From Octopus bimaculoides (lineage: Eukaryota): DNA of 43,859 nucleotides. The stretch spans positions 28,284,915 to 28,328,773 of the forward strand of contig NC_069001.1 of assembly GCF_001194135.2 (NCBI RefSeq), read 5' to 3'. Below, piece by piece: positions 24,790 through 37,313 of the stretch. A program made the position numbers and the translations under genes. Each line of letters begins with the position of its first letter. Positions within the stretch are counted from its first letter, which is position 1. The notes beneath the pieces were generated by a model that was not told the DNA's origin, did not search any database, and saw nothing but the letters and a program-made list of their open reading frames with translations.

Positions 24790-24900
24790 GAAGAGGAAGG
24801 CTCGAAACGTTAAATCCTCTTTCCTTCCTTTCCTGACCATCTGATGATACGTCCTCACGTTATTGTTTTTTCTTCTTTGTTCTCCTTTGTTTGGATTTAT
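24790..24900 (+). mobile_element. Penelope-like element end with a truncated hammerhead-like motif, abutting (TA)n
   Basis: gaagaggaaggctcgaaacgttaaa, then about 90 nt of pyrimidine-rich tail, then (TA)n. Alignable with the reverse complement of 29863-29985. The 5' core strand is replaced by the SINE junction. Confidence 0.55.
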
Positions 24901-24927
24901 TATATATATATATATATATATATATAT

Positions 24928-25082
24928 NNNNNNNNNNNNNNNNNNNNNNNNNNNNNNNNNNNNNNNNNNNNNNNNNNNNNNNNNNNNNNNNNNNNNNNNN
25001 NNNNNNNNNNNNNNNNNNNNNNNNNNNNNNNNNNNNNNNNNNNNNNNNNNNNNNNNNNNNNNNNNNNNNNNNNNNNNNNNNN
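24928..25082. other. Assembly gap (155 N) in (TA)n
   Basis: N-run. Confidence 0.98.
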
Positions 25083-25088
25083 TATATA

Positions 25089-25422
25089 TGACTAACCAGG
25101 GGCTTGCACCTAGAAAGTTACCCTCCGAGGCTCAATTCCGGGCAAGTTTGTTTATGGAAGACTAGCATTATTTATTTATGATACCGCCCATGCATACCGG
25201 CCTCCCTTCTCCACGCCACCAGTATAATCCAAAGGAAAGGCAAAGGCCGATACAGTTTGGCACCTGTGACGTCGCAACTCATTTCTACAGCTGAGTGAAT
25301 TGGAGCAACGTGAAATAAAGAGTCTTGCTCAACAACACGACACGCAGCCCGGTCCGGGATTCAAACTCACAACCTCATGATCGTAAGCTCTACGCTCTAA
25401 CCACTGAGTCATGCGCCTTCAC
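25089..25422 (-). mobile_element. tRNA(Arg-ACG-like)-derived CORE-type SINE (family E)
   Basis: Minus strand: gtgaaggcgcatgactcagtggttagagcgtagagcttACGatcatgaggttgtgagtttgaatcccgg (A box, anticodon loop, B box), then gtgttgttgagcaagactctttatttcacgttgctcc..cactcagctgtagaaatgagt, a CORE-like block. Confidence 0.85.
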
Positions 25423-25922
25423 AATATATATATATAGATATTGCATTGTGTCTCTTGCACTCTCTTACGCTTCATCTTATTTTGCTCTAGTAACTTCCCA
25501 GTTTGTCAGTTAACGTTTGCGTCTTGATCACTTGACATTTACTACACTGATTTCCAAACAACTCACGACAGCATCTAGATCCGCCTATTGTGTTCAAGTG
25601 ATTAGATAAACAACGCCGCCTCTCTCACTGACACTAACGCTCACATTCTATCGTTCTATGTAAGCATATATATATACGATCATAAATAAATATGTATGTT
25701 CGCGTGTGCATGCAAGTGTCTGTGTCCGTGCGTGAAGAACACTTTCACACTCGGTTACAGAACAATATATCATTCTCTTGCATTTCCTTACAACATAATT
25801 ACATACGCAAGTATATTGATACATACACGCAATCACAGAAGCATATATCTCATGTATATATACACAAAAACGAACGACCACGAGAGTGTGTAATATACAC
25901 ACGTGCTTAGTTACTTTACATA

Positions 25923-25974
<52 letters not shown>

Positions 25975-26372
25975 NNNNNNNNNNNNNNNNNNNNNNNNNN
26001 NNNNNNNNNNNNNNNNNNNNNNNNNNNNNNNNNNNNNNNNNNNNNNNNNNNNNNNNNNNNNNNNNNNNNNNNNNNNNNNNNNNNNNNNNNNNNNNNNNNN
26101 NNNNNNNNNNNNNNNNNNNNNNNNNNNNNNNNNNNNNNNNNNNNNNNNNNNNNNNNNNNNNNNNNNNNNNNNNNNNNNNNNNNNNNNNNNNNNNNNNNNN
26201 NNNNNNNNNNNNNNNNNNNNNNNNNNNNNNNNNNNNNNNNNNNNNNNNNNNNNNNNNNNNNNNNNNNNNNNNNNNNNNNNNNNNNNNNNNNNNNNNNNNN
26301 NNNNNNNNNNNNNNNNNNNNNNNNNNNNNNNNNNNNNNNNNNNNNNNNNNNNNNNNNNNNNNNNNNNNNNNN
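25975..26372. other. Assembly gap (398 N) in (TA)n
   Basis: N-run. Confidence 0.98.
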
Positions 26373-27019
26373 TATATATATATATATATATATATATATG
26401 GCTGCGTGCGATCACTTGGTTGTTATTCTATATACGTGTATACGCTTTGTTTTTTGTGTTTTCTTTTTCTTGCTTGCGTTTGTGTATCTGCTAAGTGAAG
26501 TCAGTGTTCTCTTTATTGTCCTCAGGATATTATAACGATAATCAATAGGCCCTTATCATTCATATTTATCCTTTTATATTATATTTTGCCTTCTCAAAGT
26601 TCGAGTTATTTTGTAAAATTCGACATTCGTCTTACCACGTTTTCAGTACAAACTTCACTTCATCTAACCCCCTTTGCTACTTACATTGCACAATATTGAT
26701 ACCTATTTATCTATTAATATCATGTTATCTTCTTCTAGTCTCCTTTATTTCATTTTACTCTCTGTCTTATTTGCACCACTTTGCTTTTCTGCAAGCCCAT
26801 ACTTTCAAGATATCAATGGACAGCATTATTTGTATGTCTTATCTGTTATATTTCGATTGGTGAGCCACTTCACAAAAGCCACTTTTCACCAGCGACAAAC
26901 TTTTATACCATATACACATTTACACAATCGACCAAACGCTCACTCACAGTCGCAGATGAACACGCACACGCACACGCACACGCACACGCACACACACACA
27001 CACGTATATATACATATAC

Positions 27020-27071
<52 letters not shown>

Positions 27072-27088
27072 CATACATATATTTATAA

Positions 27089-27125
<37 letters not shown>

Positions 27126-28107
27126 CTGATATACTGAAATGTGTCTATTAATTTGTGTCTACCATATCTATTATGAGTATAAGCTTGGGCTATTGTTTGT
27201 TGGCGTTGGCGCTCCTTGGTTAGGGTCTCGGAGGACAGTGCTGATACTTATGTACATCAATAATTTCTTACACAATTGCCTTTTGTCATTGATATCATAT
27301 ATTTGTTTCTGGCCTTTGTTTCCATCAATCTGTATAGTTCTATTTCTTTCAGGCGAGTGAATGCAATTATATATATATATATATTACATATATATAAATA
27401 TACATATATATATATATATATATATAAAACACTCACACATACACACACTGAAACATACACACAGTTTGCGTCCGTTTAATGAATCAACCTTATTTTCCTG
27501 CGTAATAATAAGACTGTCTGGTTGAGCCACATGATTAGTTCAAGAAAAAAAGAATATGTGTTTCAAAGACAAGCCTATATTTTTCTGTGAATTCGCATGT
27601 TATGTGTTTGGTGCGCGCGCGTAGGTATATTTGCGTGTGTGTGTGAAGTCTATTGTTATTTTGTGACCGTTGATGCATCGGTGTCATATATGCTTAACAT
27701 ATGCACATTCGTGGCTTTTTTCTGCTATTACTCCAAGCTCTGCCACTGAAGAGCATAAATATTACACTTCAGCTTATTGGACCTTATTAACGCATCACAA
27801 CAGCGAAGTCCATTCTTGCTACTGTTATTTAGCTGAAGAAACCACTTTGTTCAAGGAAACGTATTTTTAAGAAACCTATACCAGCTCTGATCAACACATT
27901 TCTCTGAATCTCACATGCGTGAATACAATTTTTTTCTGGAAACTTTAGGGCCAGATTTAATGGGGAGGAAATGTCGAGATTTGAGGACGTACTTTGACCA
28001 AAAATTGGGTTCATTTCTATTGCTAAACACAATTATTGGGATTGAGGCATTTCATTCAAAGTCGTCATCTGTGATTTTTACAAGTCCAATGTTAAATTAA
28101 TTATTAA

Positions 28108-28330
28108 TATTGGTTTCAAATGTATGCACGAGGCCAGCAATTGCAGGAAAGGTGTAGGTCGATTACATGGACCACAGTCGTCAACTGGTAGTTATTTTAT
28201 CAATACCGAAAGTATAAAATACAAACTTGACCTCAGCAGTATTCGAACTCAGAACGAAAAAAAAAACGACGAAGTACCTCTAAGCGTCATCTTCTTGTGC
28301 AATAACTTATTCTACCAGGTTGCCGCCTTC
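28108..28330 (-). mobile_element. Family B SINE (antisense, diverged)
   Basis: tggtttcaaat..gaggccagcaatt..gtcgattacat..caactggtagttattttatc..ttgacctc..ttcgaactcagaacg..ttgccgccttc. Confidence 0.8.
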
Positions 28331-28853
28331 AAAATTAATTGTTAATTTTTAACACGAATTAATAAATGTGAGTTAACCATTTTAGCAGAATTGTAAAACA
28401 GCGTGTTATTACATCAATCCTTCATGTTGTACGGAATAAATAAACAAACCAACACACAGCAAAGATAGTTATTCGTAAAATTTGTGATTCAATTATAAAT
28501 CGTAACTCAAGTCAAGTTGAATTATAATTACTTTGTGTTAATTCTACCTTACATCTGGTCATTCCTTTACTTTCCGGTATATTAACACAAATTACTACAA
28601 TCATTAATTATAACAATCTTATTTTTTTTTCTTTATTGTTAACATTTGTTTGTGTTTGCTTTCTGTTACGGTTCTTTCTACGATTCGTACTTTGTAAAGT
28701 GTGAACGTTTACACAGGTTTTCTACAAACGAAAATTAACACAATCAGAATATAATTGTTCGAAGCTACAGCAGAACCATGGCAATATAAACGCACTGCGA
28801 AACACCTGTTCTTGTATTTTCGAATGGAATTATATAATGTTCGGTTTATGCAA

Positions 28854-28891
<38 letters not shown>

Positions 28892-29185
28892 GCCTTTGGA
28901 AACATAAAGGGCCACTCTACTATACATGCGAGTATATATCAAATAATATGAAATACTTGGTGAGAATTATATATACATACATACTCTCTCTCCCTCTCTG
29001 TCTTACTCTCTCTCTCGTCTACTCTCTCAGAAACACACAGAAATTTATGCAAGTAAAATCCTAAACACAATGATTTATAAACATCTAATTGTTAAATTTA
29101 AACATTATCGGTAATACCTTTCTATTCGTTTTTCATAACATATAATACTGTAGTAACGACTTCCTTTCTGATTCTACCATGAACG

Positions 29186-29265
<80 letters not shown>
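29186..29265. repeat. (TA)n microsatellite; another at 29822-29862
   Basis: Directly visible. Confidence 0.97.
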
Positions 29266-29267
<2 letters not shown>

Positions 29268-29818
29268 CACTCGTTCCATCTCTCTAACTAACTAAAGTAT
29301 AAAGTGCAAAGGAGCAAGCAGATAAATATATAGATATTACGTATTCGTGAAATGTAAATTAATATTGTAATGTATTGATTTTAACGGTAAGCCGTTATCA
29401 TGACATAACTTCGATAATATATGTGTATAGAACTCATATATAATAATACACTGCATCCAATGAGCCGATAACTAATTTATGGTGGATCGTTTAAAATTTA
29501 TCTGCTGAAAATAAATGTATTCGTGCAAAAAGTTTCTTTTAAACGGTGATAGGGAAATCTATCAAACCTTGCTCAAAGATGCTTATAAATAGTAATAAAA
29601 AAAAGGTGAAGTTGATTATTTGGTTGTAACTTTAAAGCGGTTCATATATTTGCATGGCAGTGCCTATACGTAAAATATAACCGTAAAAAAATAACAAGGT
29701 AAAAGTTTTTTTTTTCATTCGAAAGTGCTCTTAAATGCGGTTTTGGTCGTTTTGACTGCTTCTTCTAGCGTGTAAAACTACCTGTTAAATGTAGTTTCTC
29801 TTGTGATTAAATGTACAC

Positions 29819-29862
<44 letters not shown>

Positions 29863-29864
<2 letters not shown>

Positions 29865-30023
29865 GAGAATATACGAAAAAACAACAACAGACGAGGACAG
29901 GTGGTGTAAATAACAAAAGGATGTATTAGTATGACGCTCGGGAATACGGAAAGTCTTTGACGTTTCGAGCTACGCTCTTCAACAGAAAGAATACGTAGAC
30001 AAGGAGAAAAACACGGAGAAGTA
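29863..30023 (-). mobile_element. Penelope-like element (PLE) terminal fragment abutting (TA)n
   Basis: Minus strand: ..tctttctgttgaagagcgtagctcgaaacgtcaaagactttcc..cgtatattctccc(AT)n. The CTGNNGA-N-stem-GAAACGTC motif is the hallmark of PLE pseudo-LTRs. Confidence 0.7.
29954..29990 (-). ncRNA. Minimal type I hammerhead ribozyme-like motif (variant core CUGUUGA)
   Basis: UCUUU-CUGUUGA-A-GAGC-GUA-GCUC-GAAAC-GUC-AAAGA. Helix I is 5 bp (UCUUU/AAAGA), helix II is 4 bp, the GUC cleavage triplet is present, and palindromic ACGU stands in for helix III. A6 is U. Confidence 0.55.
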
Positions 30024-30350
30024 ACCGACGAAGACCATTACTGACCTTCAAGGACAGTGTACGTACGCGCTAGGGCTATCTTATATTTTGCATTTGCGGC
30101 TACGTTGGTGGCTTATGAGCCCTACTCTTGACAAGCATACGCGACTGCAAACATTGCAAACCAAGCTTTCTCCATTCACTACACCAGCAGTATGTATATA
30201 TATATATAACGTAACAGATTTTCATGAGAGGCGACTGATAATGAGAATGTGGTGGTTTGGAGACATCCATCATAATAGACTATGGCTGTTCAAAACAGCT
30301 TATGACTGAATTTATATTTTATGTAAGTGCTTGAGTTTAATAAGTTTTAA
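30024..30350 (-). mobile_element. RTE-clade LINE 3' end (C-terminal C2H2-like finger and 3' UTR)
   Basis: Minus 30190-30076 translates AGVVNGESLVCNVCSRVCLSRVGLISHQRSRKCKI*, the CxxC..SRxGLxSHxR motif typical of RTE/BovB ORF ends. The upstream peptide AIVYYDGCLQ is weaker support. Confidence 0.75.
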
Positions 30351-30399
30351 GGACAATGATTATTGATTAACGTAGCTCTGACAATCCGCTTAAATTACA

Positions 30400-31070
30400 A
30401 ATTTTTATATTTACCAAATTTGTCCAAAGTCTAATATTTTCTTGCTTATATCATAAATTACGTATATACCAACATCGCTCTGTAAATCAAATTTAATTAA
30501 AGCGCAATATATACAGCTCTGTTAATTCAAAATTTTGACGTATCATTTCAACCCATGAGAATTGAACAGCTTTATCAACATGGAACCATATTTTCAATGG
30601 ATTGTTAAATACTCTTCTAAACTGTTTTTCTCGATGCAAATTTAATATTTCAAATCATTTGAGCTGAATCCATTCGCCTTCATCAAATGGTACAACAAAA
30701 TTAGGCGTCTGTTAGGATAACAACATCAAGAACTACCACAACACATACAAACATCAAAAGAAGAGATGTCATTTGTCGTTATTCTCATTTGATTTTTGAT
30801 TGATGACGGTACATTTCTTGCATGTATAATGATTTTAATATCGGATTCACTAATGGGATTGTGATTGCATTCGAATGTTAATGCATTTTGAAATAAAAGA
30901 CTGGTAATTGATGTGAAATAATGTATAAAATCAAACTTGGCGAGTTGATAGTCTTGTTCATTATTGAAGCTATTTATTGAACAAATATTTAACTGAAATA
31001 TTATTGCTGCGTTAATTTTAAATCGGAATCTTCTTTCATTTGAATGATTGTTTTTGCCTTAATTTTTGAA
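30400..31070 (-). mobile_element. Decayed Helitron Rep/helicase fragment (N-terminal of the Rep HUH motifs)
   Basis: About 100 stop-free codons ending ..SESDIKIIIHARNVPSS.., then LYHLMKANGFS, then VEMIRQNF..FTERCWYIRNL*YKQENI. These are colinear with Helitron RepHel motifs as I recall them (K+VIHAD+.P, YPLMF..G.DG, IMIR.N, IETERL.FIR.NQ..LRAE.Y). Contains stops and frameshifts. Confidence 0.7.
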
Positions 31071-32146
31071 AAAGAATATCAGTATTTTACTATTCTCTAT
31101 TATTTTACTTGCTAATTCTCGAACATGGACTGACCAAAAAATTGGACTTAGTGATATCAATATGACTGAAATGTTTGTATAGTGTTAGAATTTCAGGCTA
31201 TCGTATATCAGTCAGAAATCTCTTAAGATCTTAAAGTAGCTTCTTAATGATTTTCAAAAATAAATTTGTGATGCTATTCTATACGAATTTTTTTGTTTTT
31301 TTTTGTTTTTACGTATAGAGCCATTATTCTCCACTAGATACTGGATATCTGAAATAAAATTGTAAGCGGGGGTTGTCACGTGTATTGTCTGTTTACATTC
31401 GCTGTCTATGTAAGACCATATCAATCACCAACATACTATTAATATAAGATAAAAATATTTACGAATGAGATTGTATAAATACCATTATATCATGTAAAAT
31501 TGAATGACGCCATCTGAATTTCATTTATGAAAGTTGTTAAAGCGAGTGGGCGTTTAACATGGCGTACTTCCACGCATTCTATAATTGCACGTGTTTCTTT
31601 ATATATGTGTGTGCGTATACATATGCAAAGACACAAACATTCACACGCATACATACATATATATATATATGTGTGTGTGCATGTATGTATATATAAGTGG
31701 TATGTGCGGAACCACATGCGAACGGATATGTTATATTATGTGCATATACGTGTGGAATATGATACAATGAAGCCTAACAGAGAAACATAATTGAGTTTAA
31801 AAAATACATTGGAAGTGAACGAATATATTGTCTAAATGTTACCTTCTATCTTCAATTTATGATTGTTTCTATCACTTCATTTATCTAAGGAATCAATATT
31901 ATAATTGAGACTATTGTTAACTTTCTTTTTTTTAAATAATTTTCAAATATTATTTATATTATCGTGTCTATTATTTCATCTGCTAATATAGTTGTAGCAC
32001 TCACCCAGTCTGACTAATATCTCAGACAGCACATGTTAACCTATGGCCTCCCTACGAGTTATCTCTAAGCTTCATTTCAAGTCGGATATCTTTATCTGCA
32101 ACCATCAGAAATCATCCATATGGAAATAGGAAGTGAGTAACTAAGC

Positions 32147-32187
<41 letters not shown>

Positions 32188-32449
32188 NNNNNNNNNNNNN
32201 NNNNNNNNNNNNNNNNNNNNNNNNNNNNNNNNNNNNNNNNNNNNNNNNNNNNNNNNNNNNNNNNNNNNNNNNNNNNNNNNNNNNNNNNNNNNNNNNNNNN
32301 NNNNNNNNNNNNNNNNNNNNNNNNNNNNNNNNNNNNNNNNNNNNNNNNNNNNNNNNNNNNNNNNNNNNNNNNNNNNNNNNNNNNNNNNNNNNNNNNNNNN
32401 NNNNNNNNNNNNNNNNNNNNNNNNNNNNNNNNNNNNNNNNNNNNNNNNN
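32188..32449. other. Assembly gap (262 N) in (TA)n
   Basis: N-run. Confidence 0.98.
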
Positions 32450-32495
<46 letters not shown>

Positions 32496-32893
32496 CACAC
32501 ACACACACCGATATGATCAAACGGTATATTGTTTTTAAGTTAGACATACAATATAATGAGTTATGCTGTAGATTTCTTGTTTCCTTTCTTACAATATATA
32601 AATATTCATCCTTATGAATGCATACATATTTAGAGAATTGATATCTATGGACAATCGTATATATCCCCATATATATAAAATATATAATTGAATACATCCC
32701 TCGCTCTCTCTCTTTTCGCACACTCACGCACACATAAACCTGTGTGTGTGTGTGTGTGTGTGTGAGTGTCTGTATGTGAGTGTGTGTTTTTATCATGAAA
32801 ATATAAATGCCTGGATATCATTTGACATATTTTAATCTTACTTTAAATATCGATGTCAACGTATCACTATGTTATAGATATATTAATTTAATA

Positions 32894-33238
32894 GTGGAGG
32901 CGCAATGGCCCAGTGGTTAGGGCAGCGGACTCGCGGTCATAGGATCGTGGTTTCGTTTCCCAGACCGGGCGTTGTGAGTGTTTATTGAGCGAAAACACCT
33001 AAAGCTTCACGAGGCTCCGGCAGGGGATGGTGGCGAACCCTGCTGTTCTCTGTTGTGCCTGTAATTCAAAGAGTCAGCCTTGTCACACTGTGTCACGCTG
33101 AATATCCCCGTTAAGGGTACACGTGTCTGTGGAGTGCACAGCCACTTGCACGTTAATTTCACGAGCAGGCTGTTCCGTTGATTGGATCAACTGGAACCCT
33201 CGACGTCGTAAGCGACGGAGTGCCAACAACAACAACAA
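32894..33238 (+). mobile_element. Family C SINE, full head, 9-bp TSD aatttaata
   Basis: gtggaggcgcaatggcccagtggttag (A box)..ggtttcgtttccc (B-box-like)..(AAC)n. aatttaata occurs at 32885-32893 and 33237-33245. Confidence 0.95.
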
Positions 33239-34774
33239 TTTAATAATCTCCCATATAATGTCAATTCGGAGATTACCCGAATAGTACGGAGTTCCATTTG
33301 TACCGATGATAAACGAGGTCTTACACCGAAATAAAATTTGGCCTCTCTGGTCCATCAAATTAGGTACATTATTATAACAAAGAAGAACGTGATATTCTTT
33401 TAAGTTATGAAAATATAGGCGCTTCACAAATGTGAAACATAGGACGTTTTCCCGTGCAAGTGGTTTTCATCGCAACATATTTCATTTATATGTTGTTGTA
33501 TACATTACACCATTAAATTATTTATTTCAATTCCTCTTGAAGCTTTTGAGTTTGTATCAGGTAAACAGAATTGATTTCTGTCTTCTACAGTCGGATGGAA
33601 AAAAACGAACGAAGTTTATTTTAGTGTAATGGTTAATATATATGTTATCGGCCAAAGGATGTAGGTTTTAACTCTTCCCATCCACGTGTTTTTAAGCCAA
33701 TATATTATGTGATTTATTATATAGTTGTGTCCACTTCGAGACACACATGTATATGTATTATATACAGCTGTATCTACTTCGAGACGCACAAGTGTATGAA
33801 TTCTATATAAATAAGTAGATTAGCAGAAAGTGAAAAAGAAACTACAAACTTTTGATTCACAGCTGCATTGAATTTTACGTAAACATTAAACCTACTATTT
33901 TCAAAATATCACAAACTCGGTAACTGAAATTTCACCAGTGGTAGCGACATAAGATTATTCAATAGAAATAAATTTATCATGAGTTACAACTGTAGCAGCA
34001 AAATAAAAAAATATTTATTATCAAGCAAAACAACTAAATTCCACGATTTTAAGTAAAAAATCGAAATTCGAAATGTATGGTGCTTAATTAGTCATGCAAT
34101 TCTCAAGTTATTATCTACGAATCAGAAATCACCGCAAAACAATGAACCTAACTATACGCCATGAAATATATGTATGTTACAAGATAAATTTTAAAAGAGA
34201 AAAAAAAAACTCTTTTTATCAGTTATAAGTATTTCTTGAAAAATATTAAAAACACGAAAGGAAAAAAATAAATATGTGTAATTACTTCTGTTCTGTAAAA
34301 CAGAAACACACATGCCTCATATTCCTCCATCAACTGTTAGTTTCATGAAATACGCAGTTGATTCTGAAATTAGAATAAATGTATCAGATTATGTAGAGAT
34401 GACAAGAACCTTATCCTCGAGACACTTCACACAACTTCAGACGGAATGTCAGATCAGTTTATCAAGAAGCGAAGCCACTTTGAAAAATGTCTCCTGAAGC
34501 ACCGGAAGATTATACCATTACCTGTTTTGAAAGTATAAACACATCACTATTCGTATGTCACTCACACAATTTCTGTCTTCAATGTTAAACGTTTATATGA
34601 CACTGTCTGGTTCTCTTTATTATGTCACTGGGACCATTACTCCTTTCTGGTAGCTGACAATACTGTCTATCATTATATCAATAGTCACTTATATGACTTC
34701 AGCTCATACATATTCCCTGCTGTTTTATCAAAGGAAAGTTTACACTAGACCTCACTGCATATTAGATATCTTTG

Positions 34775-35000
34775 TGTGTAGGATGCTGTACTCATGATCT
34801 TAAAGTTGCGGTTTCGAATTCTGAATCGGGTGATGCATTGTCTTCCGCGGCAAAACGCTTCAGTGTGCGTTGCTTAAGTTCACTCAGCAGGTAAAAGTGA
34901 GTAATCTTTCTATGTGCCGGCGTCGCGTCCCGAAGCTGGGAACATATGTCTGCCACTGAAGCCATGAAACAGTTCTCATGAACCAATGGTTCTGGAAAGA
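34775..35000 (+). mobile_element. Diverged CORE-type SINE (family E-like)
   Basis: gtaggatgctgtactcatgatc..gcggtttcgaattc..gcaaaacgcttca..gttgcttaagttcactcagcagg..tgagtaatc. Confidence 0.6.
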
Positions 35001-35829
35001 CGTTTGACTCTCGCTTAATCTACATGTTATATGCCCTTAATTTTTATTTTTTTAATTTTTAACCAACGAAATGATTATAACTCATACACAAAAAAAGACA
35101 TTAAATACGTCTATTATATCCATTTAATCCTTTATATCCATTTAATATTTCAAAGCCCTGAAATCATATTCCGGAATTTTTCGCGAAATCTAATAATCCA
35201 AATGCGTTTATAATAGCCTTTATAAAGCTATTTTATAATCGTATTACGAGTCCTCACATATTAATACATCATACAATAAACCACATAATATCTTTTTTGC
35301 AGTATATCACCGATTACTATATATGAGAAAAGTCATCATCCAAAAAAATTATAATACAGTTATGTACATAACTATAAACTCAGCATGCGCTACAATAAAT
35401 ACCTTCATTCATTTTAACGTGATCTGATGGAAAGTATAAGATCTACACTTATAGTTTGAAAGCCATTGTTCTACAACGCATGCAACATTGACTGATATGC
35501 CTATAACCGTGTGTTCAAGAGGCATAGATGCAAACCTGCCTACATTACGGAAATAACCAATAAGCTATCTTATTTAATTATAATTTCTATAAATAAACAA
35601 ATTTCGATGCTTATCTTAACAACATTCCATGTTTATCTTAATTCTAGTGAATTAGGCAGAGTTTACTCCATTAAAAGGACTCATATCTGATCTGAGGTTT
35701 GAGGATAAAATCTTATCTTCCTGTAACCTCATTTAAAGAGCCTGAGAAAATAGAAAGAAAAAAAAATATCCTGAGTGATCACCTCCCTTACGTAAAGTAC
35801 TCCATGGTATCATTGTATTGACTATACTA

Positions 35830-36103
35830 TGGGATGTTATGCATCACTGGTCACAATGCGCTTTGCATTGTTTTACCTATCGAATGACGGCACCCCACTT
35901 GCTAGACGAGCGGGTCAACTTTCGCCTGGATCGAAAACCAGCTACGTCGCAGTCTTATCCAGTTACAGATAAGAGGGCTGAAGTAAAGTGAAATAAAATT
36001 CTTTGCTCAAGAACACAGCGTACCCTGCCCCGTTCCGAGAAAAGAGCCCACGATCTAGTAATCGTGACTGTTACACCTAGACAACTAGATCACGCGCCTT
36101 CAC
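35830..36103 (-). mobile_element. CORE-type SINE (family E-like, different 3' tail)
   Basis: Minus: gtgaaggcgcgtgatctagttgtctag..cacgat..gctgtgttcttgagcaaagaattttatttcac..aaaacaatgcaaagcgcattgtgaccagtgatg. Confidence 0.7.
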
Positions 36104-36770
36104 AGGTGTTTACATAATAAATTAAAATAATAAGGTCTCAAACATCACAAAAAATTACGCAATTCTTTAAAAACATCAAGTGTGCACACTTTTATAATCT
36201 GAATATTGATGCAAAATGCGTACCTTTCCAGAAATTACAAAAAAAATATATATAACGGAAAATGAAATAACAAAATTAAAAAATTCATCAGATCGTATGG
36301 AGAAACAGAAGACCAATAAGTGTAAGACAAAAAATAGAATTGTGTAACTTCACAATTCGTTCCTTGTTACATATCCTACATTAATCCTTCTTACTATACA
36401 ACACGGATATATATTCTGAGAGTAAAAAATGTGATTGTACTCGACTTGGGTAATTGCTCGTCGCCTATGTTACTCACAAAGAAAAGGTATGTGATGACAG
36501 ACGTTGTGGACTTTATTTGTTTATTTCTAGCAGCTTCAGCCAAGAATATTTTTAAGACTAAACCTATTTCAATGTTTACCTTAGGAGATGACGTTTCGTT
36601 AAATACACATTGAGAAGGGAAAAGCAATAAAAAAAAAAGTAGAAATTAAACAGGTGAAGACACAAATGGAAAGAGAGAAAGAGATGGAAAGTGTGAGTGA
36701 AAGTGACAAACGGATCCAGTTCTTTTGTAACGGTTCATGAAAAAGAAGAATGATGAAGAAGATACAGGTA

Positions 36771-37146
36771 TCATTCCATGTTTCAGTGACTAGAACACGG
36801 CCATGCTGCGGTAACGACTTCAACAATTTAGGTCGTACGATTCGACGCCAGTGATTATTTCGTTTTTTTGTTTAGCCTATAGGTCAATCTTGCCGAACCA
36901 CTAAGTTACGCATCGTAAATACACCAACACCAGTTGTGAAGCGAAGGTGAGGGACAAACATAGACACAGACAATGCATACATACACACGCACACACGGAT
37001 ATAAATATATATATATACGGCGACCTTCTTTCAGTTACTATCTTCCACTCAGGAAACTTTGGTTCTCCTGAGGAGATGAAAGAGGGAACGTGCCCAAGAG
37101 TTGAGGCAGCGAGGCACAATCTACTTGACATATACGGTAACAGCCT
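36771..37146 (-). mobile_element. Family A SINE (antisense, diverged)
   Basis: cacggccatgctgcgg, ttgccgaaccactaagttac, acaccaacaccagttgt, acggcgaccttctttcagtt and gtgcccaag are antisense landmarks. Confidence 0.75.
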
Positions 37147-37252
37147 GAACAATAAACTACACATTAACAGGCACACACATTAACACGCACATACATACAC
37201 ACACAATAAATCATGCACACAGTCACACACAAACACACACACATATAAGTAC

Positions 37253-37313
<61 letters not shown>

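Noticed and set aside
25340-25422. tRNA-Arg-like sequence, and similar tRNA-like heads at 32894, 38900-38972, 41760-41814 and 43256
   Set aside because: Each continues into a SINE body, has no proper acceptor stem, and some have TSDs. They are SINE heads, not tRNA genes.
26795-27230. Signal-peptide-like peptides (QWTALFVCLICYISI|gtgagc and MSISLGYCLLALALL|gttagg)
   Set aside because: Hydrophobic translations are expected from T-rich DNA. The first has only AAG acceptors, the second a weak donor, and no downstream coding exons are recognisable.
27700-28100. Long minus frame with few stops (FWSKYVLKSR..DSEK)
   Set aside because: Only a vague likeness to a LINE endonuclease-RT linker. Not assignable by eye.
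30400-30480. GIYVIYDISKKILDFGQ, resembling a GIY-YIG nuclease motif
   Set aside because: It is an alternative frame of the Helitron-like segment, whose colinear motifs explain the sequence better, and YIG is not conserved.
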